A DNA stretch of 60,228 nt, filler included, from Basidiobolus ranarum (GCA_040143965.1; 4 parts of 4 records of this genome joined end to end with filler, not necessarily neighbours in it); one strand, 5' to 3'. Shown: positions 13,370-24,817, counted from the first letter of the whole stretch. The notes: a model not told the origin generated them from the sequence alone. Numbers and translations: made by a program.

Positions 13370-14000
13370 GATAAATTTATGGATACTGCTTTAAACTATA
13401 AATCTATCTTAATGAATCATGGAGTCTTTGATATAACTACTGGCAACATGAGAAAAGGTTAGCCAGTTGATCATATTACTTTGTCTACCAATGTCTCTCC
13501 TAGCTCTGACTATCATCAGCAGTTAAAATTTATTCTAAAAGAGATCATTTCAAGTGCGGATATTTACAGATGTATCATGAGATTCATTGGATTATTATTT
13601 ATTCCAGGTAATACAGATACATTATTTATGGTGTTTATTGGTTCAAGTTACAACGGCAAAAGTCATTGCATGAAGTTAATTGATTAAGCATTAGGTGAAA
13701 ACTTATTGATACATGTACTATTATAGGCAAACACACTGCCCCAGAGGCTGCTACTCCTGATATAACATTGATTGAATGTAAGTTGGTAGCTTTGCTTCAA
13801 GAACCTTCTAATAATCAGTATATCAATATCATCATAGTTAAGGAGCTAGCTGGCAATGAAAACATATATAGTATAGGTCTGTATAAAGCATGCAGAGATA
13901 CTTCTATGTTTACCAAGTTAATATATGAAGTTCATTTTTTGGAAAATCATGCTATGATAGAAAGGAAATCTGGAATTGTATTTGTCATGTGACCCAAATA
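13370..14000 (+). pseudogene. Degenerate D5-family primase/helicase (SF3 NTPase) of large-DNA-virus/Polinton type
   Basis: Collinear motifs: D5_N-like MNHGVFDITTGNMRKG*PVDHITLST, Walker A VFIGSSYNGKS, ATPDI..KLVALLQEP (Walker B region), VKELAGNENIYSIGLY and KEIWNCI. It has stops and frameshifts and no introns. Confidence 0.8.
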
Positions 14001-14704
14001 TATTAATGAGAGAAGATGTAACTTGAATCTGCCTGAAAGATATCACATTTTTACACTATAATTACAAGGACCAATGATCAACCAAGCTTGTGTATATGCA
14101 TAGGAGGGATTATTCAATAGTTTCACTATTAAATTTAATACCTCAAGTATCAAGCAAAAGAATAAACTGTAGCCAATTACATTTTATCCAAAATGTTCTC
14201 TGCCAAGTATCCCAACCTTTTAAATTTTATAAAGACATTCAAGCTAAATGGCTTATCCTACCTCCAAAGATGTTTGGACCAAGTTATTAACTAAGTACCA
14301 GCTTTTAAGTTTTAAAATACTTCCAACAATTATTCCTGCATCAGATCCTCCAGCCTTCTCTGCCTGTAATGACTCAAAAGTGGTGGTCTTGTATCTGCTT
14401 CACCATTCTCCTTTGAAGCCTTACACTCCTTGGCCTCTAATCTTGCTTATAAACTCATGTGAACCCAGCAAGTATCAGTATGTTGAAATTAGCTTTGCCT
14501 AAGCACCTATATAGTCATATATAGCTTAGTACTCAGTCATCTTATAATTCACCAAGATATTATCCATTATTCTCAATCGGAATTTACTTAGAAGTTCTCA
14601 CATATATAGATTTTTCAAACTTGTGCTAGAAGCCCCAAACTTCGCACATATGTTCCTGGGACCTTCCTCAACACATTCTACACGTTTGTTTGTTTCCATC
14701 TTGA

Positions 14705-14808
14705 CAAAAATATAAATATCAACTTTCTACTCAATATATCAATAAGTGAAAACCACCAATTCCCCAATTCTCCAAACCACTTCCAACATGCTCACAAATA
14801 CTTTAACA
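14705..14808 (+). mobile_element. Dispersed repeat, probable LTR 3' end
   Basis: About 105 nt are nearly identical to 45271-45375. The segment contains TATAAA and AATAA, and similarity stops sharply at ...CTTTAACA (LTR-type CA terminus). Confidence 0.65.
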
Positions 14809-14996
14809 CAGTACACTTATTAACCCTGCCTTTACATACGTTCCCTGCCATTGAAAGATAAGTACATGTAGTACAGTTAGCTATCATCTTAGACATAGTA
14901 GACCCAAATTTGATCTTATTAGTCTGATAATATCAGTATCAGTGATGAATATCTTAGAGTTGCTCTGCTGATAAGATATTGTACAAATTGACTATT

Positions 14997-15096
14997 NNNN
15001 NNNNNNNNNNNNNNNNNNNNNNNNNNNNNNNNNNNNNNNNTTAATTAATTAANNNNNNNNNNNNNNNNNNNNNNNNNNNNNNNNNNNNNNNNNNNN
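14997..15096. other. Artificial contig linker
   Basis: N44-TTAATTAATTAA-N44, giving stops in all six frames. Confidence 0.98.
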
Positions 15097-15259
15097 GACA
15101 TTCTACCATACAATCCCATCATATTAGTACGTCAAACCATTATCACATTCCATTAGTACACATACCTCTGACGGCTTGTCCATTGTCTTGACTGTTGCCT
15201 TGACCAGTAACAAAGGCGATGGAGGCGAGAGCGATGGTGAGAGAGATGAAGGATTTCAT
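15097..15259 (-). CDS. 5' part of a tandem paralogue of the 15980-16658 gene, truncated by the contig end
   Basis: MKSFISLTIALASIAFVTGQGNSQDNGQAVR plus intron 1. Region 15097-15460 is near-identical to 16496-16899. Confidence 0.85.
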
Positions 15260-15979
15260 GATTGGTAAGAACAGATAGTTGTGATAAGTGTATTGTTGTA
15301 AACAGTGGTGAATGAACTGCTCTATCCATGTACCGAGATTCAGTATTTATAGAGAGTAGCTCAACATCAGTTAAGGCACAAGTCAACATGTTTGAGAATC
15401 TCCTTTAACAATTGGCCCAATGATAGATTAGATATAACTAGGTTCTTGTTTTATTTACGATGAGACACTTCTGATTCCAAAATGTACGTGTACATAGCCC
15501 CGTTAACAAAACTATTGTAAGTGATAAGTTGTTTACTATCTCTACGAGATTGTATAATTGTATTATGGAATTGCTAGAGTCGGTGTCATAGAAGGTAGCA
15601 CTTTAGTGATTCAAATAACTACGCTTATGTTACTAGTAGTAATTGAAAACATGCAAAGTTCGAAACTTACTCATATACGTATAGAATGGCAACATAGTAT
15701 CTCGAAATCAACCAGCAGATAAATATTCTACCACCGTTTCAAAGCCCTGACTATTTCTGAATTCTTGGATGCTCTGAACAACTTATTTTGATATTGATGA
15801 ATATAAAGTAGAGTGACCATTGATTTAACTTTTGCTCTATATTTGTGTTAAAGATAGCTATACTCTAATTTATTTCTGCTCATATATGTAGATGTGGAGA
15901 CGCAAGCTGTGGGAAGATAGGCTTAAGGGTGGATTTGGGTAAACGGGAATCTGATAGATTGTATGTCGATCAGTAATTC

Positions 15980-16658
15980 TTAGTTACTCAATATCGACAT
16001 CAAGCCACTGATGAGTACCCCCATCATCATGATGGAAGAGCCATTCTTAGTTGATCCACTTTTTGGTGTAACTGATGGTGATTGATTTACTCCTGTTGAG
16101 GTTGCTACATTTGATGTTCCAGTGGACATTCCACTTGCGGTCTGACCAGAAACATTGGTGGTCGATCCGTTAGTACCAGTGGGTGTGGCTGCAGTTCCTG
16201 TCCCATTGGGTGTCGCACCAGCACTAGCACTTGCATTGCTATCTATGAAATGGGTTTTGATACAGTTGTTCTGACAGTTTCCGTCATTCTTGCCACACTG
16301 GCTGAAGCAATCTTTGGTCTCTTGTACTATGTTGATAATGAGCATTTAGTAAATATCAGTTGATTACAGACACAACCTATCTAGTGATCATGTAAAGAAA
16401 TGCAAACATACCATCTTTGTTAGTTGGGTGTGGTACACCAACACACTCGGCAGCACAGGTGGCCCATGAGGGACCCACTTGATCACATTTGGTCAGACAT
16501 TCTACCATACAATCCCATCATATTAGTACGTCAAACCATTATCACATTCCATTAGTACACATACCTCTGACGGCTTGTCCATTGTCTTGACTGTTGCCTT
16601 GACCAGCAACAAAGGCGATGGAGGCGAGAGCAATGGTAAGAGAGATGAAGGATTTCAT
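15980..16658 (-). CDS. Secreted, probably GPI-anchored protein with a CX3C helical domain and Ser/Thr/Gly stalk (3 exons)
   Basis: Signal peptide MKSFISLTIALASIAFVAG; introns 16502-16564 and 16327-16411. The domain reads CLTKC..CAAECVGVPHP..TKDCFSQC..CQNNC, followed by an S/T-rich stalk and a hydrophobic tail MMMGVLISGLMSIL. Confidence 0.88.
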
Positions 16659-17199
16659 GATTGGTAAGAACAGATAGCTGTGATAAGTGTATCGATGTAG
16701 ACAGTGGTGAATGAACTGCTCTAGAATGAATTGATTTATTCACGTACTGAGATTCGGTATTTATAGGCAGCAGTGAATCATAGATCGCAGTACAGGTCAA
16801 GAGTTTAACACAATGCACAAGTCAACAAGTTTGAGATTTTCCATTAACAATTGACCCAATGATAGATTAGATCTGACTAGGTTTTTGTTTTATTTACGAA
16901 GTGTTTGAATTAGGCCTTGTAGCAATATGCTTAGGGTATTGAAACGTTAAAGTGACGATCAAATCAATTTTTATGCATTTTAATCAAACTCTTATCTGGT
17001 CGGTAATATGAAGGATAGTATGGTATCGTGTAGGTATCAGGAAATGAGGTATCAATTCCAGCGAATGCTTTGGGTATTTCTTTACATACTCGATACACTC
17101 CACATACTTGATTGGTTGTCACTGATAATAAGAGATTACATCACATATTTATAGTTTCTGCGTAAAAAGAGACGTAACAAGAGACGTAAAAAGAGAAGC

Positions 17200-19365
17200 T
17201 TAGAGTTTAGAACCTTTGACTCTTAATAAATCTTCCTTAATAAACTCAGCAATGGAATAAGCCACCGATTGTATGGTAATCATAGGGTTAACTCCACTTG
17301 GTGTGGGAAACACACTTCCATCGGCAACGTATAATCCTTTGGCTTCCCAGGTCTCACCCTTAGGATTGACAACTGATGTCTTGGACGAAATTCCCATACG
17401 ACAAGAACCCATCTGGTGAGCAGAAGCCACTAAAGGCACATGTTGTCTGACTTTCTTACTAGCTATCTCGTTGAGGAATTGGTTCAATTTATCGGAGTTT
17501 TTGAGATCAACATCGGGGAATAACTGATCATCCTCCTGAGGAAGGTCAGAATGACTAGAGACAAATGGATTAATGTTAGGGAAAGGAACATCCACTTCCT
17601 TAGCACCTGCGGCCACCAAGATTTTTACCGCGGCTTGAATTCCTTCCACTCCAGATTCAGCGTCAAATTTACCAAGGGTAAATTCAATGCATGGCTTTTG
17701 TGTTTCTTTATCGGCAAATACTCGAGCAACACTGTCTTTGTCTCTGATTAAAACCACAGCTGTAACTTGATTTCTTATCCTTATCATTCTCGTTTTGTGA
17801 CTTTCTCCAGATCTCCAACCAAGACAGAAAGCTCCCAAGGCTGGATGACCAGCGGATATCTCAAGTTTTGCTCCATATCCTGTACCTTGTCGACAATCAG
17901 CAGCACCGGTAATAGTAGTCATTATACTTCCATTAAACTGGTCGATCTGGTGCTCAGGGAAATAGCCACTAACGAAATAAACTGGATGAATATATAGATT
18001 GCGACCAATATTTTTGTTCTTGAGACCAGAACGTTGAAGAAGGAGAGGACTGTTGAAAGCACCTGCAGAAACCACTACTCGCTTAGCTTTGACTACTATA
18101 GGTGCTCCGTTAATGTGTGCGATAACTCCTTCGGCTCTTCCATTCTTTACTATGACTTGGTCTACTCTACAATTGACCGCGAAATGAGCACCATGCTTTT
18201 GAGCATCTTGTAACCATGTTACAGCGGTGCTTTGTTTACCCCCATTTGCACATCCGAAAGTACACCAACCACAATCGTGATGTCGGCCAGCAGTATTTTG
18301 AGGAATTACGGAGACAGAATATCCAAGTCTTTTACAACCAACAATCATAGCCTGGTTTGCCACGTTATGCTGAACATACTGATCTGAGACGCCAATTCTT
18401 TTAGACACCGCATCTATATGCCGTTGAAATGCGGAGCTTTCAAAGAATGGTAAGCCATGTTGACGAGACCACTCTTCTCTCACACTGTGAGGTGGGGCTA
18501 AAGAAGCGGACCAATTTACAAAGGTACCACCACCAAAGGTAGATCCAGCTATAAATGAAGCTCCAGAGTCTTCTGATATAATTGAACCATTTCCTTCGTA
18601 CAGATGATGATAGGATTCGGCTTCGGTAAGAGGTAACTGATCCATATTATAAAAACCTCCTTTTTCCAATACTAGAACCTTTAAACCAGCTGAAGCTAAT
18701 CTACCGGCTACAACACCTCCTCCAGCGCCAGTTCCAATAACCACAACATCATACTCCAATGTGACACCTTGTGCTGGCACGTTTAGGAATTGATATTCAT
18801 CCAACGTTAATGCTAGCTTTTTGGTATCTCGTAAGGGGTCTGCTCCAGGGTAACCAGAAGCTGCCCAATATATGAATTCTTTACCAAAAGTTGGATGTGC
18901 ATAGGTAACGCCAACAGAAAGATTTCCCAGGCTATTGAATAAAACTCTGAAAGTAGTAAGGTTACTAATGGCCCATTTCTGGACTACCAACTCACGCTGT
19001 TCAGGAGAAAGTTGTGTAAATGGAGAGAGATGACCAGTTATAAACAGAGAAGCAGTGGATGAATTCAGGTAGCGTAAGACGGTTTTTAAATCAGACAACT
19101 TTTTTTTACTCAAGTTGGATAGCTTCAAGTCGACATACTCCCTAGAGACCCAACTACTTGCTGGAGATCTGAGAAAGTTACTAGCTTTTTCTTCATTCAA
19201 TTGTGGGTGGCTTCGAATGATTTTATTACATTGGTTTCTTGATAACTCGGGAGTAAAGGTGTCCATAACAACTTGGAGAGTCGACCATTCTTCATCGGTT
19301 AACTGTGACTCGATGCCTCGTGGAAGACTTAGTCTACCTAGTTCATCAAATGTTACGAGAGACAT
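17200..19365 (-). CDS. Long-chain fatty alcohol oxidase/dehydrogenase (GMC oxidoreductase), peroxisomal
   Basis: Motifs DVVVIGTGAGGG (FAD binding), GGGTFVNW, CGWCTFGC, SAHQMGSCRMG and GVNPMIT, with a C-terminal SKL (PTS1). Confidence 0.95.
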   Translation of the reverse strand: MSLVTFDELGRLSLPRGIESQLTDEEWSTLQVVMDTFTPELSRNQCNKIIRSHPQLNEEKASNFLRSPASSWVSREYVDLKLSNLSKKKLSDLKTVLRYLNSSTASLFITGHLSPFTQLSPEQRELVVQKWAISNLTTFRVLFNSLGNLSVGVTYAHPTFGKEFIYWAASGYPGADPLRDTKKLALTLDEYQFLNVPAQGVTLEYDVVVIGTGAGGGVVAGRLASAGLKVLVLEKGGFYNMDQLPLTEAESYHHLYEGNGSIISEDSGASFIAGSTFGGGTFVNWSASLAPPHSVREEWSRQHGLPFFESSAFQRHIDAVSKRIGVSDQYVQHNVANQAMIVGCKRLGYSVSVIPQNTAGRHHDCGWCTFGCANGGKQSTAVTWLQDAQKHGAHFAVNCRVDQVIVKNGRAEGVIAHINGAPIVVKAKRVVVSAGAFNSPLLLQRSGLKNKNIGRNLYIHPVYFVSGYFPEHQIDQFNGSIMTTITGAADCRQGTGYGAKLEISAGHPALGAFCLGWRSGESHKTRMIRIRNQVTAVVLIRDKDSVARVFADKETQKPCIEFTLGKFDAESGVEGIQAAVKILVAAGAKEVDVPFPNINPFVSSHSDLPQEDDQLFPDVDLKNSDKLNQFLNEIASKKVRQHVPLVASAHQMGSCRMGISSKTSVVNPKGETWEAKGLYVADGSVFPTPSGVNPMITIQSVAYSIAEFIKEDLLRVKGSKL

Positions 19366-19955
19366 ACAGAGTGACTATGGTTTTTGAGAAACCGTTTGTA
19401 GGTATGGCTTTGAATAGTGTATGGTTGTTTCCTTGACCCTTATATGACTCGGACATACCTAATTGAGATGAATATTATTCACACTAGGATTTTCTCATGT
19501 GATTCATACTCGTATGATTGAAAAATCGTCAGCCACCACTATACTTTTCAATAGCATTGCCATTGCCCCATACCCAACAGTTTCATAGTTTGGTGCAACA
19601 TATTTCTAGACATTCTTGGACAGTACGGTCACTAGTCCAGTTTGTGAACTGCCCATTGAAACATTGCTACAGTGGCAACGAGCGTGTGAATATTTAACGA
19701 TCAGCCAAGAAATCCCATTTTTAGTCATCAAATATAGCAACAATACTTATGTTGAGAGCTGGATGGATACACTGCACTGACACACAGCATCGATACGCCA
19801 CTCATTCAGAGACCCCTTCAATTGCAGCTCGCCCAAACCCTGACCCTAACTCTTACGCTTGATGATGATAGTAGTTTATGCAGTCAAATCTGGAATAAAC
19901 TTCAACCATCGCTTTTTTATTGATTCACATGCTCAGTAAACAAAGATTGAGAAAA

Positions 19956-20666
19956 CTAGGAATTGGTTGGATACATCGAGACTAGCTTCTTAACCGCCAT
20001 GTCGATTAAAACACGGGAATAGATTTTGTGAAAACGGACCTCCATATTATTGCTTTTGAATCGACTGTCAAAATCTGGTAGTTCCTTATCTGCAGGATAG
20101 ATAGCCGTGCCAAACCAGAAGGTGTAAGCTCCTTCGTGAGCTTGTGGCTCTTCAATGGCTAACCAACTGGATCCGTCGATTACTCCTTTCTGTAAACTAA
20201 ACTTGAGTTCCATCTGGTTTGGATCACGTGTGGTTACTGTATAGGAATTGGAAGCAACAGTATCACCCAATTGAAATTCTTTAGACAAGATATCTTGGTC
20301 AGTCTCTGGTTGGGTTTCGGGAGAGGATTTGGAGAAGAGATTGATAAGGAATCGCTCCAACTTGAAAACAGGTGAAGTGTAGAATGCGCCGACATATTTA
20401 ACTAGTAGTGCCTCTTGGTCAGCGGGAGAAGTGGGAAGACTCAGCTGGGATTTAGGGACTCGAATGCTAAAGCAATCCCGATAGATTTGATCCCCATCAC
20501 CTGAGGGACTTTTCAATGTTTGTAGTAAACTCCATGATGGTACAGACGACGGTTCATCTACTTTCTTGAGAGAGGTCTGGTAATAGTATGTACCAGCAGT
20601 TGCAGTACAAATGGCTGAAGCAGAGGCGGTATAGAATGGAATGGTAAATAGCTTTCTACGGAACAT
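19956..20666 (-). CDS. DUF2867-like protein with a probable mitochondrial presequence
   Basis: Motifs YRDCF, AFYTSPVFKLER, SWL, FWFGTA and FHKIYSRVL recall DUF2867-type proteins. The N-terminus MFRRKLF is Arg/Lys-rich. Confidence 0.6.
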   Translation of the reverse strand: MFRRKLFTIPFYTASASAICTATAGTYYYQTSLKKVDEPSSVPSWSLLQTLKSPSGDGDQIYRDCFSIRVPKSQLSLPTSPADQEALLVKYVGAFYTSPVFKLERFLINLFSKSSPETQPETDQDILSKEFQLGDTVASNSYTVTTRDPNQMELKFSLQKGVIDGSSWLAIEEPQAHEGAYTFWFGTAIYPADKELPDFDSRFKSNNMEVRFHKIYSRVLIDMAVKKLVSMYPTNS

Positions 20667-20944
20667 GTTGCTTAACGTAAGAATCACTTTTCTATACCAC
20701 CTGGATCATGTACTTATAGTTGAAAAAACATACCTTTGCCCGATACCTTGCTTGTCCGACCATGTTTATCCGATAGTGATATCAATCTGGTTACTATGAT
20801 TAGTAAATATACACATGGTTGCACATAATACGTGTTGATCAGGTGAAGTTTCTATTTGTTCTCTTTAATTGGCTGACTGAGATAGGTACTCTATTAGATG
20901 ACACTTACTACAATCTTTGTTCAACTACTAACCACCATAAAGTT

Positions 20945-22213
20945 ATGACAGGAGAAGCCTCCCGACCAAAAACCCCTGAGGCTGAGCTCAACCAAGATGA
21001 TTCCTCGCCTCTCATTACTCCTTATTCAGACCCAGAATATGAGGATATCTGGTCAGATGATGAGCATCTCTCTCTATTCGATAATTTGCTCTTAGCACTG
21101 ATAAACCGCTTCCCACTTCATGCGAAGGAAACGATGCAAGCCAAACGAAACGATTGGAGCAAACGTCTCGATGATACTTATGCGAACCTTTTAAAAAGAG
21201 CCAAACTAGATAAGGATTCACGTGAGCGTTTTCAAAAGAAAATCAAACTCGTCGAACAGCGAGAAAAAATGGCCCGTAAATGGCAAGAAAAAAATGTAGT
21301 CAGACTAAGAGATAAAGTCTCCTTCGTTATGGGAGTAAGTAACATATTTGCAGTTGCTTATTTGGTAGGAAGAATCCCTTCTTGGTTACCAGAATGGTAT
21401 ACTTTCTGGGCGATTAGTTTGGTATTACTTCGCTTTGTAATTTACAAAACCAAAGCTTGGCATTACTTTGTGTTTGACTTGTGTTATTTCGTCAATGTTC
21501 TGGTCATCTTTTATTTATGGGTATTCCCTCAAAATAACTTGGTCTTTAGTGCAGCGTTTTGTTTATCTCATGGACCGTTGTTGTGGGCTGTTGTAGCGTG
21601 GCGAAACTCTTTGGTGTTTCACTCCCTTGACAAAGTCACTTCTACATTTATCCATATTGCGCCACCTTTTACCCTTTATACTATTCGCTGGTTAATACCT
21701 GCTAATGCCGAAAGAATGGAGCGTTATGGATCATATGCAAATCAGCAAAAGAACGACGGTGTGGCGGATCCTGTTGGGTTTATCACGGCAATGTGGTTTT
21801 CGGTGGTTTTATACATAGTCTGGCAATCGTTGTACTACATCTTCATATTGGTTGGAAGAAAGGAAAAAGTCTTCCAGGGCAAGAGAGTCACATCGGTTAC
21901 ATGGCTATTGGATGATACTAAATCGAAAATCAGTCAAACCGCCTCTGTATTTGGAGACAAGTATAAGGTCTATACCTTCATGGGCATGCAGCTTGTCTAT
22001 GCCATCATTACGATGCTACCAACCGTCTTACTCTACCACTACTTCTGGTTACATACGGTGTTTTTGTTGGGGATCTCGTTGATTAGTCTGTGGAATGGCA
22101 GCACTTACTACTTCGATGTCTTTAGCAAACAATACGTTAAAGAACTTGAGGAACTTAACGACGAAATTAAGAGAAAAGATTTGGAAAATCGAGAGAACTT
22201 GGACAAAGCTTAA
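20945..22213 (+). CDS. GPC1: Glycerophosphocholine acyltransferase (DUF2838)
   Basis: Motifs RLRDKVSF, WHYFVFDLCYFVN, WRNSLVFHSLDKVTSTFIH and WNGSTYY in a multi-pass membrane protein. Likely start is MTGEAS at 20945. Confidence 0.92.
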   Translation: MTGEASRPKTPEAELNQDDSSPLITPYSDPEYEDIWSDDEHLSLFDNLLLALINRFPLHAKETMQAKRNDWSKRLDDTYANLLKRAKLDKDSRERFQKKIKLVEQREKMARKWQEKNVVRLRDKVSFVMGVSNIFAVAYLVGRIPSWLPEWYTFWAISLVLLRFVIYKTKAWHYFVFDLCYFVNVLVIFYLWVFPQNNLVFSAAFCLSHGPLLWAVVAWRNSLVFHSLDKVTSTFIHIAPPFTLYTIRWLIPANAERMERYGSYANQQKNDGVADPVGFITAMWFSVVLYIVWQSLYYIFILVGRKEKVFQGKRVTSVTWLLDDTKSKISQTASVFGDKYKVYTFMGMQLVYAIITMLPTVLLYHYFWLHTVFLLGISLISLWNGSTYYFDVFSKQYVKELEELNDEIKRKDLENRENLDKA

Positions 22214-22293
22214 TGTTAATTTATATTATTTAGTAAATAAAGTTAATAAATTTCTCCGCAATTCTCAATTCAGTATCCATAGCCACACTACCA

Positions 22294-23526
22294 TCAATTA
22301 TCTGGGTTTATGTGCTCCGTTTGGTCAGTGATTAAGACTATGTCCTCGTCCGTTTCTGACTCTTCTTCTGTCCACACATCTGTCCATTCATCTGAATCGT
22401 CGGTGCTTTCGACTTCTTCAATAGCCTCGTTACTTCCAACTCTTCTCAGTTCACACCAGTCCAACTTAATTCTTTGTTTCATGGTCCTGTCATCATGATG
22501 TTCAAGGTTAACTCTCACTTTAGCGTATTCTTCTCGGTCCGTAATAGTAAATAATTTGGGAATGCTAAATTCAAAATAACCCGAAGATGTATATTTGGAA
22601 AAACCACGATTACAGCGATGAGTCATACGGAGTTCTCTATGGGCCTATTGAAGAATCAAACATAAACCTTGTGAACTTATATTGATGATAATAATTAAGT
22701 ACCGGATTCTCGAGATCAATTTCTTCTACAAAGACATTGAGTGTTGCTCCTCGAAGTACATTCTTATCTGCGCTTCTTAATCGCCACACTGTCTGGTAAG
22801 TTCCTGCAGGAACACTTGGAAAAAGAGTCTCCACCTAGGGAGCATTCAGTTAAACTTATTCATGAAAGTGAAGTTGACAAAATCTTGGTTCTTACATGAA
22901 ACCACCAAACATGATCCAAAGCTGCTACTTTACCAAATTCACTATAATAATCCCATCAAAGGTTAATATCCATTCTCTTTAATAGATATAATATTGCTCT
23001 TCACCTGCGCCTGTCATCTTTGAGTCTCCAATAACTATCGTTCAACCAAGTGATAGAGCTGTTTGCACTGGCACTATAGGTTCTGAGCTTTGCTACGGAG
23101 AAGAAAGTAAATAGCAATATATGACATTAGTACGACATATTGTAAATAATGTCTTGCCATTTATGACTGACATTTGTAACGATACAACTCTCGGCCAGTT
23201 AGCGCAACAGACCAGGTAATATTGGTCATTTCTTGATTTTTGGCATCTTTGACAACAATGGGTGCATACCAGTCACTATGCCCCCAACGCTTTTCACCCA
23301 TCCCATCCCAAACTAAGTCTTCCGAAATGAAACTGTGGAATTGTTTACAAGTCTAGTTGCCAATTGAATGGAAAGTAAAATAGAAAATTGTAAGTGGCGT
23401 TAATTACAACAGAATTTGTTCACAACTTGTTACCTGTGCGAGATGTAAAACATCCCAACAGTTCAAATGTAGCAAAATTCGGGCTGTGAGTTCAGGTGGT
23501 AAAGACAATAGTGAGTTCGGAGACAT
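22294..23526 (-). CDS. F-box protein with a phloem protein 2 (PP2)-like domain, 6 exons
   Basis: F-box LLSLPPELTARILLHL..DVLHLAQ|TCKQFH. PP2-like motifs SITWLNDSYW, VAALDHVWWF, PAGTYQTVWRL, GYFEF and KQRIKLDWCELR follow, then an acidic tail. Five GT-AG introns give one continuous frame. Confidence 0.82.
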
Positions 23527-24069
23527 GGTATTCTTGAACGTCAACAAAGTTAAGAGTATACTTATTTTACTTTAACTTTTCTAATATAGAAATAGCCACT
23601 AATAGTGAGATCAGATAATATAAAAGGATTGAATACTCTGCGTTTAAAGATGATGTTTGGAAATTGAGTGGCTTTGGATGTTTGATAGTTGATTCAACAG
23701 TCGAGGGAATTCATGGATTTTGTTAAATACAATTTCCTGTTCGCATATCGATTTAACCCCAAAACCCTCTTGTTGATTAGCCCTTTTCGTCACGTGATTC
23801 AGTAGATTACAGTAGTTATATATATATCCCCAAATGGCAATGGTTCGTCACACAATATGCGGATATCATTGATTGTTAATAGTTCTCAACGTGAGCTACA
23901 TATCTAGTGGTGTTGTGATAAAACATCCGGGGAAAGTAGCCGAAAATCCAGTTATAGTATGTAAAGCAAAGCCAGTTCGATAGATGTAGTAAATTACTAA
24001 ATTTGATATATGGGCTATCCAAAAGTTGTCCATAAGTGCGTCGATGTCTCCGCAGTAAAAAACTCAAAC

Positions 24070-24817
24070 ATGGCCATATCACTTTTAAAACTTCAAGCCG
24101 GCTCCGGTCTCGTATTCTCTACTTTCCTAGCAGTACATCTTGGTGGTCACTTCGCAACTCATTGGGGAGTCAAATACTCAAATGCTGCAATTGCACTCTT
24201 CCGTCACTATTATCGGAAATATACAGTAATTGAATTTGGCTTACTTGGTGGTTCACTCATTGTTCATGTTGTATCTGGATTGTTACAAATTCAAGATCAA
24301 CAGAGGAGAAGAAGTCAAGCTTTGAAGCGAAAGAATGAAAAACAAACTCCAGTTCCAACAAAGAAATCCCAGTCTATTGTCGAAAGGATCTGTAATATCA
24401 AGGTGTTAGACATTCAACGCTGGGTTGGAAGATATCTAATCGTTGTAACTGTTATACATACAACAGCCACACGCTTGTTGCCATATCTTGTTCAAGGGCC
24501 AACTGGTGATGGTGTTGACATTACATATGCCTCCATGAGCCTTTCCTAAATTGTTCACTATATATTACATTACCTTGGGTGCTGGCGGGATGTTTCATAT
24601 GTTGCAAGGAATTCGATATGCCCTTTCAGTAGTACGAGCAAATATAATACCTCAATGGCTGAAGAAGGGTGAAAATTGGCGCATATTTATGGGTCTGAAT
24701 GTAGTGGCTATCGTTTCTACTATATTTGCAGTTGGCGGTTACTATTTTCCGGTAGCAATTCCTCGAGCAAGCGAATGGAGCGCCATTACTGGCATTGATG
24801 GTACGCTTCTTAACTAA
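24070..24817 (+). pseudogene. Mcp1/DUF1691-like membrane protein with an apparent frameshift near 24541
   Basis: LQAGSGLVFSTFLAVHL, HYYR, LIVHVVSG, QRWVG..HTTATR and then FTIYY..GMFHMLQG lie in two frames. The junction AGC C TTT CCT AAA TTG has no intron signals. Confidence 0.7.

Noticed and set aside
14150-14500. Possible minus-strand gag zinc-knuckle remnant (KRLGYLAEN)
   Set aside because: The Cys/His ligands are not preserved, so it cannot be supported.
15041-15052. TTAATTAATTAA palindrome recurring about every 15 kb
   Set aside because: Synthetic six-frame stop linker embedded in Ns.
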